Origin: Plasmodiophora brassicae
Taxonomy: Eukaryota
Length of the DNA stretch: 64,000 nt
Assembly (NCBI GenBank): GCA_036867785.1
Contig: CP145410.1
Span: 992,001 to 1,056,000 of the forward strand
Direction of reading: 5' to 3'
Shown here: one piece after another, positions 43,995 to 57,728 of the stretch
Layout: each line of letters begins with the position of its first letter
Numbering within the stretch: the stretch's first letter is position 1
Notes under the pieces: model-generated
The model's database searches: none
Told to the model about the DNA's origin: nothing
The model's input: the letters and a program-made list of their open reading frames with translations, nothing else
Program-made: the position numbers and the translations under genes

Positions 43995-46570
43995 CTAGAA
44001 ACCGAAGCTCGCTCGGTGCGGCCTGGAACGCATCGGACTCGCCGAAGCCTTCGTGGAACCTGATAGGTATAGCCAGCAGGAATGCGATGTGTCGGGAGAG
44101 GGACGATGCCAGCATAGGCGTAGGTAGGGGAGCACAATGATCATTGGTCTTGCGGTGTTCGGCTGCGGCTGTAACAGACCCGATCTACAGATAGCCAGCG
44201 AGATGTCACCACCTGTCGAGTTGCCCCGCTGCAATGGATCCTTTGGAATAGCAACGGGGTCACATATCAGATTGTCTATTCAGGAATTGACTCGCGTTTC
44301 TCTAAACCTCGACCCGCGCTAACGTCGAGGATGAGGCCGTTCTTCTCACTCGCACTGATACCTGTGTCCGGCAGGGCTTGTTCCTTCCAGGGTGTCTTGG
44401 CGACAAGCGTCTTCTTGCGGTCGCCCGATAGCCCTCCCAGCGCCCTGTTCGACCACACCTTCGACGTTTTCTTGCTTTCCGGATCGTCCAAGTCTTCGCA
44501 TTTGTCCTCCGTTTCAGCCTCCGTAAACTCGAAGTCAGCTTCGTTGCCGTTGATGGCTTTGACGGACGTAACCGACAGCGTCCTAGAGTGGCGACTGTTT
44601 GACCGTCGTCGATTCCCGGTGACCGAGTTCTTTCTTGATCGCGGTTGGCGCTCGGTTGCCGACAGCGAGACTCGACAAGGTGGCGCCGCAACGGTTTCAA
44701 CAGCGGCGGCGGCGGGCTGAATGCTGAGCGACATGTGCCGGCGCTTGATGAGTTGCTTCCTCTGTTCAACGAGAAACTCGATCTCCTTCTCACCGAGGTC
44801 CTGCCAGCTGGTACCACGATGGAGACTGTTTCGACGATTGCCGATCATCGGAATGCCAGTCCGAGCTGATCGGGTAATTGGTGGCCCATCGTCCAGGTTA
44901 ATCCCCAGTCGTTTCGCCCAGGCAGCCAGGTTCTTTGGACGATATGTTAGATCAACCTGCCAGCGCTGGAAGACGCTGGCGTCGATTGTTTCGTGGACGT
45001 TGAGTCGGGCTGGATCCTCGCAGACACCAATGGGCCTGTAGTATGGCGCTCCCATGACAGGAATCCACTATGATCGGACGTAAGGAACAGTCGTGCCGCT
45101 GGCCAAATTGCGAACGGTACGACCTGGTACAAGCCGAACATGAACTGGCTGAGCGAGTTGACGATTGGGGACTTGAGCGCCTCCACCCCGACAAGTGCCT
45201 GGTCGGCACGGAAGGTCAGACCTCTATCGACGGCGCCCTCAATGATCCAGTTCATCGTGATCTGTGAGGCCACAGTCATACAGCGAAGCCATACTCGTCA
45301 GTTCAGCACTTTTACCTGCTGAAATGTATCATTGTTGTAGCCTCCGCCCACGTTGGTGTGTGCACCGCAGAACCTGGTTGCCATGTGTTAATGAACGTGA
45401 TCCTCTGTCGCGGTGATACAAGTACCAGCGCTGCTCGATAACGAGGTGGTAATGCCCCAGGTCATCAGGCAACATCGACTGGTCCAGTGACTTGGACGTA
45501 TCGTCTCGGTTGTAATACTGGTTCTCATGCGTCCAGAGAGTAGGCCGGAATCCCTGATTAGACGTCAGACAGCGCGTACGATTGCCAATAGCCGTCTCGT
45601 ACATAGCGATGCTCGTCGACAGCGAGGGCGTGTCTCCCGTACTCCAGCGAATGCGACAGCTCAATCTTGTTGAACTTCATCGTGTCGGAACTGACGCCCT
45701 TAATCGACAGGATGGGAATTCCAAGTGCGGCAACCTGTGGTCGATGTCAGCCCAACTGGTGCTTGAAGGGCGTGCGTTCACAGAGCGTGCCGTATCAAAG
45801 ATGCCCATGTACGTGAACTTCACGTGGCGCGAGTACTGCCCCAGCATATACTCGACGTAATGCGTCGCCATATCGTAGCTGTTCCTGTTCTTCAGGATCT
45901 GCGACAGTGTCGCTGGGGGATTGCCATTCGCGCCGGCACGATAGCGATCGTAGAGTTGGGACACCTTCAGAGTCGTTCCTGGGCGCAACAGGCCACACTG
46001 CGAGTTTGGATTAGCTCCTTCCAGCACAGGCACTACGAGTCGAGACACGTCAACCTCATCAATGATGCCCATCAGACTTCGGCACATGAAGGCGCCTCTA
46101 GAGAATCCAAAGATAAAGATTTCGTCTCCGTCCTCGTAGGTTTGCATCAGGTATTCGTAGGCACGGGCAATGTAATGGTCAATTCCTAGACCAAAGAGCC
46201 CCCCGCCGATCTTGTCGAACATGCCCGTTCCAACGCCTTCTTCGTAATAGACGACCTGTTGCTTGCCGTCTTCTCCAACATCAGCCACCATGCTACAAAT
46301 TCTCCACACACTGTGCATGCCGAACGTTAAGGATCTCCAGAACTAGGCGTTGACGGCTAGCGAACGCTCACTTCGTGTTGCTGCCGGGCTCGTTCCATGT
46401 GCCATCCTGCAGACAGGGGCAAACTTAGCCATGGGAACCACATCCGTCCCGCAGGCGGCATCTACCAAGAACATAACGATGCGCTTCGGATCTGGGCCCC
46501 GGCTACTGGGAGGCCTGCCAGTCTCCGCTTCGATCTCCAGGTTCTCCAGCTCCTGCTCAATTGACCCCAT
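43995..46570 (-). CDS. DUF2235 (Tle1-like) alpha/beta hydrolase with basic disordered C-tail, multi-exon
   Basis: KRIVMFL|DGTWN, YYEEGVGT, IFIFGFSRGAF, FDT|VAALG, HALAVDEHR and W|FCGAHTNVGGG. The 3' end is uncertain. Confidence 0.88.
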
Positions 46571-46861
46571 CTTCTACAGGGCTACGGACCAGAATGACCC
46601 AATTCAGATGTGGCGCGTGCCCAGCCCACATCTGGGCTGCCCACGACCCCCCTGCGCCACGTGTCCCTGCTTACCCGTACACCCCACCGATATGTGCCCA
46701 GGGCAACTACTGTTGGTACCTCTGCTTCTGTTTCAGTCAGTGGTGCAACGGTTGCAATACAATAATTCCCCGGTGCACACTGAAGAGAGAGTCAGAGACG
46801 GCAGCAGCGCACTGAGTGAGCTGCACAAGGTGGACTCCGTGGCGTCTGTGTGAGCTACATC

Positions 46862-48830
46862 ATGATGTCCGGGCGACTGTGGCGCGTGCCGCATCAGGCA
46901 GCGACGCGATGCAGGGCCCGGTGGGGTCCTCCTCGACATTGCCTCCCGGTCGTGCATGGCTTGCGCCGCATGAGTGAGTCGGCAGTGGCGGCGGTGACCA
47001 GCGGTCGCGAGGCATCGGAGCAGGGTGACGACACGGGGTCGTTGCTGGCGGGCGTGCTCGATAATGTGAAGTGCTGTGGGTGCGGAGCGCTTCTACACAC
47101 GTCTGATAAGAACAGCCCTGGGTCGGAATCCACGTTGCATTCCCACAGGTCGGCGGCTCTTATGAATCCGGTGCCCAGGTTCGTGCCGAATCATATTGTG
47201 GAGGACGTGATGAGCAAATACGACGAGAGCATGTCGATGGGAGTCGATGTCAGGTCGGCGCGCGCTGAAGCCGTTCACAGTATAATCTGCATGCGATGCC
47301 ACCAGTGAGGCGCCCCCGCGTTCTTGCCTGTCGCACGTTTTCAAATCCGTTTGACAGGCTCACGTTCAATGGTGTCGCGCAGGGTGCGATGAAGGGCGTC
47401 ATTGCTGACGACTTCAGACAGGCGCTGCAGACGCGGTTTCTCGTAGAGAACGGTACTCGCGAATCCATACTGTGCAACGTCGTTCTGCGCTGCTGACATG
47501 ATACAAACGCTGCAGAGCGTGGCGCTGTTGTCATCAAGATCGTTGATATACTGGACTTTAACGCGACCGTCTTTGACGATCTGATGTCCGTCGTCGGTGG
47601 GCAGAATCCGGTTATACTCGTCGCCAACAAATTCGACCTGTACGACACCAGTGCACCGATATGCTACGAATGTCTGATTGATGACGTAGGTTGCCGAATG
47701 GTGCAACGATTCCCCGGGTTCGCCAATGGGTACGCACAACCCAGTACCAGTCCCTCTTGCGCTCATTCTCATTTTCTGGCAGGTCAAATCGCAGGCGAAG
47801 CAGATGCGGTTGCCCATCGCCGATGCGTTCGTAGTGTGCTCCAAGTCGGGTGAGGGAATTCCTCCGCTTCTTCGAGCCGCGGAAGAGCTTGCTGAACGTC
47901 AAGATCGTGACATCTACGTTCTCGGCATAACCAACGGTCCTCGTTCGCCGGCGTTACCCCGAGGGTTGCCCCGCTGACGATTATCTGCAGTTGGGAAAAG
48001 CACGTTCATCAACAAGCTGCTGGATTTGAGCTTCATTAAAGGGATCGGGAGAGGCACGCGACAAATCCGTCCCCCTAACCGGAAACATCACGACGATGAC
48101 CGACTTGTTACCCAAGTTATACCAGTTACGTCTTCGGTCGTAGCAGGGACCACTCTGGACCTGATACCATTCTCCGTCCGTCGTCCAGCCTCTCAGTCAA
48201 AGATGCGCTTGTTCGACACCCCTGGGATTTACCCGAATTTGCCGATCCATCGCCATCTCAGCGAATCTGAACAGACTCTGATTTCGCACAAACACCGCAT
48301 CGTTCCCATCACCTACAGGGTTGAGCTCGGACAGTCGCTGCTCCTGGGTGCTCTGGCCAGGATTGATCACGGTCAGTGTATTTCGTTTGATCGTTGGGTC
48401 TGCTTATGTAATCGCCCGTGTCATAGTTGGTGGACCCCCGTTCCTGTTCACAACGTACGTGTCGTCCAACGTTGCGATTCATCGAACGAAAACAACGAAT
48501 GTCGAGCGCCTGTTGAAAGACCGTTTGCAAGACATCCTGAAGATTCCGTCAGACCCTATGCAGACTGTATCATTTATGTCCCCTCAGACGTTCGAGGTTA
48601 GCGGTGAAGGCTGGAAGAAGTTGGTGCCCCATTTGCCAGGCGATCCAGCTCATGGTCTGACTTCTTTGGGCAGGTCCTGTGCCGATATCGTGTTCGACGG
48701 GCTGGGCTGGATAAGCCTCACAGGGTGCGATGCGGTGCGCGTTCAAGCATACTCAATAGGAATGGCCCGGCTGCGCGATCCACTGATGCCATACGATGCT
48801 ATGAGGACGTCGAAGAGATTCACTGGATGA
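46862..48830 (+). CDS. NOA1/YqeH-like circularly permuted GTPase (likely mitochondrial)
   Basis: Zn finger CCGCG...CMRC; G4 ANKFD precedes G1 GITN|VGKST, G2 GTT and G3 DTPG; Arg-rich N-terminus. Confidence 0.88.
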
Positions 48831-48908
48831 ATATTATTGAACTATTAGAGTTGCACATGTAGACCAGACATGGTCCTATGCGTATGCCGGTGGCTCAGTG
48901 AGCGTGTA

Positions 48909-50504
48909 CTAAGCGCATTCAGAACGTTCGGAGGCATCCCCTTGATCGCTCCAGGCAACTGATGCTGACAATTCACGGTATGACTCATGTGGTGGTTCGT
49001 CAATGAGAATGACGATGAGCAGAGCAGCGAGAGACGCGCCAACCGCGCTCATCACGAACACGGATGCGGTGTTGTCATGGAAGTGGATGAGCACAGGCCC
49101 ACTCAGGGCGCTGGTGATGATTTGAGGCAAACACTGCGACAGGTTGAACGTGGCAGAGTACAGACCAGCATCTGGGCTGGACGATATCTCCCGCGTGACA
49201 ATCATCCAGGGGATCGTGTTCGAAACAGCAAATGGTATGCCGAACGCCGCGTACAGGGCGACTGCCATTGCTGACGAACGGATGATGGGCATGAGCAGCA
49301 GACCGACCATAAGCATCAGCTCGGCGGCAATGTAAACAGGGACCAGACCGAGTTTACTGGTCGCTGGCATCAGGAATCTTGAAAACACTGCCGACGATAT
49401 CGACAGGGCAAACAGGGCAAAGTTCCCCGTACGTAACCCTTCCTCGTACAAGATGATGGCCTTCGAACCAATTGGCGCTTGCGCCGAGCCTCCGTAAATG
49501 TGGTTGCCGAAGTAATCCGTCCCTATGTAGCGGGGCAACGTGTTTTAGTCAGCATCCGATTGACCAAAGCAGCCCGGCTTTACCGTAGACCATGAACGAG
49601 AACCAGGCGAACGTGTTGCAGAACTGAACGAAGAACACGCGCATGGCTGCCGGAGGCAGGTGTGGCATGGCGGCGAACGCTCGCCATACGACTGACAGCC
49701 CACCGCCCGAAGCAGGCCTGTCCCGTGCCGCAGTGCATGGACCGCAATCGTCGGTGGCCAGAAAGAAGGTGATTGAACAGTAGACTAGAAGGACGAGGGC
49801 AGCAATGGAATACACGATCTGGAGCTCACCGCCGATGCCTCTGACCTCACGTTCCAGATTGACCTTTGGTAACATGGCACCATCAGGCTGGACGTCGCGT
49901 AACGACAATGAACATTGAGCAGTACCGATCCCAGTAGGTATCCGGTCGCCTTTCCAAGGCCATCGTGGATACTGATATATGCGCTCGCCTCGTCTTGCTG
50001 CTCCTCGGGGACAATGTCGGCAACTAAGGCGCGCGTCGGTGCCATCATGGCATTGATGGAACAGTCGAGCGCCATGAACGCAGCAATGGCAACGGCCAGC
50101 GCAACGGTGCCCGACGTGTCACCAAGGTGCTGACCGATACGCGATGCCTGCGAGAACAGGACCAGGGCTGTTGCCGTGCTACAGGCAGCACACAGGATCA
50201 CTGGTCGTCGCCGACCGAACCGAGACCTACAGTTGTCCGACAGCATACCGACAAGCGGCTGGACAATGATGCCGGAAAAGGGCCCCATCAGCCATACCAG
50301 CCCGACTAGCGGTCTGGATAGACCCAACGAAAGCAGCTCTGGAGTCGAGTACCCGGCCTACGCGCGACTTTAGGAATCCGGTACGGGCGGACCATGACCG
50401 CCGACCTGTACTGCCCAGGCCAGGCTGCTGGCCATGGCCGAGAAGAGCGTCGCGAACAGGTACGATTTCTGCCACGGTTGTTTGCGTTCGGCCCCGCCTG
50501 ACAT
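48909..50504 (-). CDS. GPH/MFS sucrose-H+ symporter-like transporter (SUT/SLC45 family)
   Basis: LAWAVQ, VWLMGPFSGIIVQPLVGMLSDNCRSRFGRRRP, PTRALVAD, TDYFG and GLYSATFNLSQCLPQ. Confidence 0.88.
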
Positions 50505-50623
50505 GGCATGAAGGAGTGATGACCAGTGACGGTCGGAGACCCTCGCGCAGTTCTTTTTGATGTCCACACCGCTCCACACACAGTGCCCTCCGAACACCCG
50601 AACGCCACATCAGCGGACATCGT

Positions 50624-53424
50624 TTATGTGCTGCTGCCGGTGCTGGGCTCCGGTTGCACAGCAGGGCGCTGTCGAATGGCGGAGATGCGTCCCAGGAGCT
50701 CGCGGTCGCTCTGGGACAGACCCGGCGTCTGCGACTGCCGATGCGGCGGCCCGGCGAGTGCTTGCTGGACCAGCGACAGCGATGGCGGCACTGCAATGCC
50801 CAATGCGGAGATGATGTTGGAGATGTACTCCAGGTCAGCCGACAGTTGCCTATAGAATCGACAGTACATCACCTCACCTGCTCGGCAACGACACAGGCGG
50901 CATACCTGGCGCCAGCGGTTCCGAGGAAGTTGATCTCCTGGACAGATTGTAACAGGTCCTCAGCGGTACCTGTGGATGCTCTCTGGAGCCATGCAAGCAG
51001 GCCATCGTCGACGTTGTCCTCGACATGGTCCTCTGCAATGGCGACATCAGTTACAAGTAGTGGCGGAACAGACCAACAGAGACCAACCTTGCTGGTTCAG
51101 GCTGATTTGAACCTCAAGTGGTTGAATCAGGCCAAACAGATGCTCACCGATCTTCGTAATGTAATCGGATGGCTGCGATGAGAACACAGGGAGATCATCG
51201 TCCTGAACGGAAAGCAGTGAGCATCAAGACAGTACAAGCCGCGATGGATACAACCGTTGACGACACGTCATCTTTGCCCCAGACATCCCACGTCGGGAGA
51301 CCATGAAGTTGCACATGCACCTCACGTTGCATGGAATCGTACACAAGCGTTCGCATCGCACGTTCCAGTGACTGGCACGAATGAACTGACCGGTCCAGGA
51401 ACCGAGTGTCGGTGGCAGCGTGTGATGGATCGTGGATTCTGTCAATGACGGCCGACAAGTACCCAATTTGCGCTGGTTGATGTGGCACGAACGCCCGACC
51501 AAATATGGTTGCAGGTGAATCTCCCTCGGCAGACGACGTTGCCAGAAGACGAGACAACGACTGGGACAGTGTAGTGAGGCACTGGACGTCAAACACTCGA
51601 AGCTGATAAACCGGCCTGTCAGTTTCCGAACAAGTGCAGTATCATCTCTCAAACCTGATGACGAAGTCGCCGAGCAAATCGTAGAAACCTGAACGCTGTT
51701 GCTATTGAAGACCAATCGGATTCGGCGACAACGCTGCCGTCGAAACCGGCAAGCCTTCTAACGCGACGCAGCATGGAAAGGATGTGCTACAATACGTTTC
51801 AGAGAGATCGATCAGGATTTACATCATGCCGCCGGAAGCACCTGGATGTACTCAGACATGGCGAAATCCAATGCACCCGCCAGGGACTGAGCAGTGGCTC
51901 CTGACGCAAAGGCGACGCAACGAGCCAGCGCCCCATCACACATATCACCAAGATGCGACAGTGACCAATCCATCGCGTCCAGCATTGCCGTACAGCCTGC
52001 ATCGCAAACGATACGCTCGTAGCACGACGCGAGCTGCGTCGAGAGTTTCTGCTTTTCCAGCTCGCCATACCTGTCCAACCAAATAAGCGTTCAATGAACA
52101 ATATGGGATAGAGTGGACCATACCGGGAGGCGTATGGAGTGAAAACACTTGCAATTGCATTGATGACACCGTTTACTTCGCTTGGTGACAAATGCGGTCG
52201 CTCAGCGAAGCTGATAACGAACGTCTTGGAAGCCTCCAGTACTTCAAGAAGGAGATCAAGGACTGGGGTCGACCCAGATGTCGAACACATGGTGCGAACC
52301 CACTGATCTAGTTTACGGCGAAGCGCTTTGAGAACGTGTAAAACTGAGGACACGTACGACGAGTTAGACTGGACGCGTAACGGTTTCCGTATCGCTTCGT
52401 ACCGAGGTCCGATTGTGAGATGGATGGAAACCGTTCTGGCAGAGTGTTGCATTCCGCCGTAATTTTATCGGAAACCGTGACGAGGAACGAGGCGAGCCAT
52501 TCAGAGAGTTGAGCCGGGTTGCAGCTGGCACTCGCTTCAGAAAGCCAATCGGTTAACGAGCTGAAGTACAGCTGGGCAATCGTGTCGGCAACTCCAATGC
52601 GCGTGAAGATGGCCGTATATTGAGCCAACGCCTCAGCATCGTTCTTCTGGATCGCAACAAGCAAGTGGGGGCTGCACATGGCTTCCAGCCGGGACCTGAG
52701 ATCATTCAACTCTGAAACACACACGCATCAGCAGAGCGAAGCAGGCAGGAGCACTATGAGACGACCTGCTTGACGTGAATCAAATTCCGGTAGCTTTTCC
52801 AGAAGGACAAGCGATTTCTGCATTTCCTGAAATGAACGAGTCATCACACGGTCGTCCCAACAACGCGAAATCGGCAAACCTCGATCTCTTCCGCAATCTT
52901 GTCAATCTCTTTCGAGTCAAACAATAGGTTAACGGATTTCAGCCGATATTTCCAGGTCTGGATTTCGGTGACAAGCTTCGCACACCGCTCGATACGAAGC
53001 TTCACAGAGTCCACGCGTGCTAGAGCGGCAACGGATGCTTCTGTGCGTTCGTCAACCATGGACAGCTGTGCAATAAGCGTGTCCAGACGCTTCTGGAGCG
53101 TCGCGGCGGACATCGAGGCGCGCTCTACCTCATCAAGGGCCCTGTAGGAATGAACGTCAGCTCAAACAGCGATCCCAGGACGGAACGGTGTTACTCTGGA
53201 AGGCGTTCATGTAGCTGGGTTTTATAGAGCGCGACCTTGGAAGCCAGACGCTTCCCTTCGACCTGTGCCTTCGAAACCAGCGTCGCTACAAGCTCCTGCG
53301 ACGCCGCTCAGTCACCAGCGAAGCACCAAACGGATCGTCGTGAGCCGACTTCAGAGATCTTGCCGCCCGCCTCCTCCACCGATGCCGTCAGCAGGTCATT
53401 GACGGCCGCGCGTCCTGACGGCAT
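50624..53424 (-). CDS. COG7: Conserved oligomeric Golgi complex subunit 7, multi-exon
   Basis: SVAALARVDSVKLRIE, FSSQPSDYITKIGEHL and QLSADLEYISNIISALG. Confidence 0.8.
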
Positions 53425-53683
53425 TATCAGGCAAAGCGCGTTGCTATCTGTGGGAACGCGATGATCCGCACCGAATTTTCCCACGCGTCAATTGCGTTTT
53501 ATTCGGCAAAGGTATTCATCCGCCTTACAAACAGGCGACATCCCACTACACACCGATGCTCAACGCAGGCGAACGCAGTTCTTCGTATATGGAAACACGT
53601 AAACGCCACGCTGACGTTTCCATATTATTCGCGTCGATCGGATCCCTTATACTGACGACCGACCGGGATAAGCGAACGCGGTT

Positions 53684-54964
53684 GTGTGGGGACCGTCTGT
53701 ATTGCCGGTTAGTTGGAACGGTGAAGCTGCAGAGCGCGGCATCAACCCCGTCGGGCGTCGGGTGTGCAGCGGAACGAGAATAGAGCAGCAGGGTCAGGGT
53801 CGCTCCCAAAATCGCAAGTCCGCGCACTCGGAGTCCCCAACCCTCGGTGAGTCCTTGCTGCAGGACGCGTGCCTCGGCGAGCAGCAGGACATTTCGGTGC
53901 TTGACACGATGCAGGTCATCGAGCGGCAGAAGTATGCGATGGGCGCATCGCTCCAGCGGGTCTCCCTCGAGGAGGTCGACAACGGCGCCCAACACGCATT
54001 TGCATGCGTTCAGGGAGATATTTTTGATGTCCGACATGGCCCAAACTATGAGAAGTCAATCATACAATCTGCCGATGTACATGACAGCATGTTGACATTC
54101 GCTGTGCCAGGACGGGGAAGAAGGACAAATCAGCAGATTCAATTGCTGAGGTCGTTGGAGTTGACGTGTTCAAGAGCAACCGCAAACTCGAACATGTCAT
54201 GGAGTACATCGAGGTGCCTCCTGAACTGTCGACACCATTGACGTCGACGTCCGATTTCGTCTACGTACCGCAGGTCGGCTTTACTGCCAATTGGCGACTG
54301 TGCGATGTGGTTGCTGACCGCATTTGTACCGGCAGCTGTTCGTTGTTAATTTCATGCTGCCATCGTACAATCCTGGCAACCCTTTGTGGGGTGCGTCGAA
54401 ATACGATGGTGAAAACTATAGCGTTGTAATCTACATCAAGATGACTTCCGAGGCCGTCGAAGCCCTTCGCAATGATGCGTTCCCGGCTGCGACGCTTCTC
54501 AAGGTTGAACGATCGCCCTGTGCGTTGCGATTATATAGCGCTAACTTCACGCCCAGAATTTCTTCCAAATGGACACGAAGTCGGCCGAGGATTACGCGCT
54601 GCGAGGTCGCTTGAAAGCGATCCCGGTTCTTCGGAACCCGGATGATGTCAACCTGGGGATGGCTTTGAAGCAGATGGTACGAACATACGACGCGAAGCCA
54701 TTCCTGACGGGCCCGAAGTACCATTCGTTCGTCAAGACGGACCTGTACCTGGAATGTGATGTCGATATCCACAACTACGTGTATCCAGCACGCAAGACGT
54801 TCCACAGCCTGTTGCCCGAGGTCCCATCCATGATCATCGACTTCGCCCTGCTCGTCGAGGCTCAAGGCGAAGAAATGCCTGAGCGGGTCCTGGCCGCCAT
54901 AAGATTGTCCCGCATCCACCCGGAACGCGCCATCACCATTGAACTGCCGCCGGTGTCCCATTGA
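53684..54964 (+). CDS. EDR2 C-terminal (DUF1336) domain protein, copy 1
   Basis: VRHGPNY, VVGVDVF, RLKAIP, KPFL, YLECDVDIH and EEMPERVL. The start is uncertain. Confidence 0.82.
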
Positions 54965-55083
54965 CCACTCGTCGTACCTACCTATCCAATGATAAACGAA
55001 CGAATTTCTCCCCGTCCACCGGGCCTTGGAATGGCGACCTCATTGCTCTGTGCGGGTTTCGGCGTTGCGGGGGGACGGTTTGC

Positions 55084-55944
55084 ATGAACGCGCTGGCCGA
55101 GTACGTTGCAGGATGCAAGGGGCGACGAGTCTTCCAACATCTCCGGAGCGTGAACGCTGTCCTTCACTGTACGCTTGTTCACAACGGGACGGTTCGTCGC
55201 TGCATTCGTGTCGGTGCGACATCACCGAAGTGTGCAACTGACCAGTACGCGTTGGGATTATGTCGCGCCTACGCCGGCGTTATACTGACGTAAGAAGAAC
55301 GCCATACCTGTATCATGCACTTGGTAGTAATTTCCGGCCATCAGGACTGCCAGGATCTTACGAGCTGAACCGACAATGACGACGAGTTACGATCCCGGGT
55401 GGTACGGTGCCATCGGACGTATTCTGCATCCAAGGACAGTGATCCTGTCTCGTTCAGGGAACATCCCATGGGGGCACCCGGCATTCATATCGGCTCCAGG
55501 GCCCGTAACGGTATGCAGCGTTCCATCCATTGCAGTACACCGTCAGCCTGATATCATGTGAAGGTCCTTTACAGGGGCACCGATCCCTTGTATTCGATCC
55601 CGCGAGAGATGACGGACCGAGGCGTCCAACTGGTTCGCGAAACCTCTGATCTACAATCGATTATTAGGAGATGGAAAGCTCCTGTTTGTCTAGAAGCAGG
55701 GCCAAGCACCACGAATGAACTGTACCAAGCGCGTGCAGTCGATGCTCTCCTGCTGTCTACGTACAACGGCACGATCGATCCTGAATTGCTGGGATTGGAG
55801 TCTGTCCAACAACGCGATCTGGATACTGACTTCGACCGCGTATTCCATGCCTCAGAACAAGATGGCCAGTGGACGTTTGAATTATTTATCAAGAAACGAA
55901 TTCGTCATGCCATCGCTGATCTCTTGATAAACTCGACAACATGA
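55084..55944 (+). CDS. RibD C-terminal / DHFR-like reductase domain protein
   Basis: DQYALGLCRAYAGVILT, VILSRSG, CLEAGPS and VDALLLST match the RibD_C motif order; 2 introns. Confidence 0.6.
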
Positions 55945-55948
55945 CCAG

Positions 55949-57102
55949 TCACCCAGCGCGGGAACTGTTGCTGTTATTGTTGTTGTCAAGGAGAATGTTG
56001 CTTGCACGTTCGACGTCATTGAACGATTCTACGAGTGCTCTTCGAACGGCGTCTTCGGAGAATCCCATTCCGACGAGCATCGTCACCTGCAGAAAATCAT
56101 GTCAGTGCAATCATTGACGGGACATTTCGTCCATACGTCGCTTTCGTTCGGCGCGGGGACGTCTTGGACGGACCCAGTACCACGATTAAGCATTTCATGG
56201 TCGGCAGGCCGACGGGAATGCTGACCACCAGCAGAAGACGCCCCGTCGGTGGACAAGAAGCGCCCGAAAGTGTTCTCACAGAGCCGCACGACTGATATCG
56301 GTATCTCAAACTTATTGAACGGCAACGCTTCGACGATGTGAAGAACGCCCGAAATCAGGCCAATCACGGAAGCGACAAACGATCTAGCCGTAGGCATACT
56401 TGCCAGCGCCAGCTGTTACCATTGTAAATATCACTAGGGTAAGGCGGAACCGGACGACGTATACCTGGGCCCCTAGGAGATACATGATGGCTTTCTCCCC
56501 TAAGGGGATCCCGACAAGCTTGACGCTGGATACAGACGGGATGCGAGCGAAGAAGTACACGAAGACGCCGAACACAATAGCATATGGGCCTGGCTGGGCG
56601 AGACCCACCCCGTGCATGGCAGCGGACAACCCCAGTTGCAGAATACTTGAGCTGAACATGAAGAACAAAATCATGGACTATGGACGTGCGATTGTCACAC
56701 TGTGAACGGCATGCATACGCTGGTGTCCTACCGCGAACTTTCTACTGCCCATCATTCTTTCGAATGTTCGGAACGCGTACAGAATGATAACACCAAAGAA
56801 GAGCTCAGGCGGCGTCTGGAACACGAAGTGGCATGCCACAAATCTCCACACCTGCGTTCAGTTATTCAGAGTAATCCGGATATACGCACAGGAGGAGCCG
56901 ACCTCATATGATTTATTCCAGGACAGGTCGAACGCGGTCCTGTCGCGGACAAGCCCAGCAGCCAGAGACATGGCCACCGTAGTCAGGACGAGCAGTTTGG
57001 ACACGGGCGCGCTGCCTGTACTCGCGTGAGCCCCAACCCATCCAAGGTTAGACACGCGACGTCCTGGCACTGACCGAAGCCGGACGACCCGTACCCGAGC
57101 AT
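55949..57102 (-). CDS. UBAC2/Dsc2-like rhomboid pseudoprotease with C-terminal UBA domain
   Basis: GSSGF|..APVSKLL, WRF, LYAFRTFERMMGSRKF and GPYAIVF; UBA MGFSEDAVRRALVESFNDVERASNILL. Confidence 0.82.
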
Positions 57103-57728
57103 TGCTAGTGCGTTACCGCCGAAGCCACGGAATCTGCTATCTCAACATTAGCTCCGCACGTGATTTTACAAGTGCGGCCGCAACTCAATGATTCAACAGC
57201 GAAACGAATGGGCGTTTATGAACCAGTTGTACGGAGACGGGTGTATTCACGACAGGCCCAATGTTTATGTGTCGAATGTCACCGTCGTAACCATGCATTG
57301 TTATGGCGTTGTAGGGTCCCCACTGGAAATGCAAATGGGAATGGTTCGTCAAGGCTGCAGCGAGTACGAGGTTGCAGGTCGTCTGTTGCACTATCTGGAG
57401 TGCGCCAGACGAGAGGCACCCCTCGTCGCTCGAGGTTGGCAGTGGCAAGGCGAAGTCCGTGACGAAGTTCAGCATCCCGCTGGATCCGCAGCGTCCAGGT
57501 GCCGGAACCCGGGCCGCGCGGACGGACAGCTGATTCACCAGCGTCAACTGTGTGGCACGCAGCCCTGCCCGTTCTCGAACGCTCTCGTGTTGATTGTCGA
57601 GCTACGGTCCACACCCGTCATGGCGTTCTGAGTCGTTGCCGAGATTGAGTCATCGCTGGCGTCGCTGATGCCGAGCGCCCGTGGGTCTGTCTGAGCCGCG
57701 TATGGGCACGACTCTGACCACCTGCTTG

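Noticed and set aside
46606-46635. 9-bp inverted repeat cagatgtgg/ccacatctg in a divergent promoter
   Set aside because: It is too short to distinguish from chance in 64 kb, and no target-site duplication or transposase is present.
57188-57631. 147-aa + ORF upstream of EDR2_C copy 2
   Set aside because: No motifs or clear coding bias; it may be UTR or promoter.
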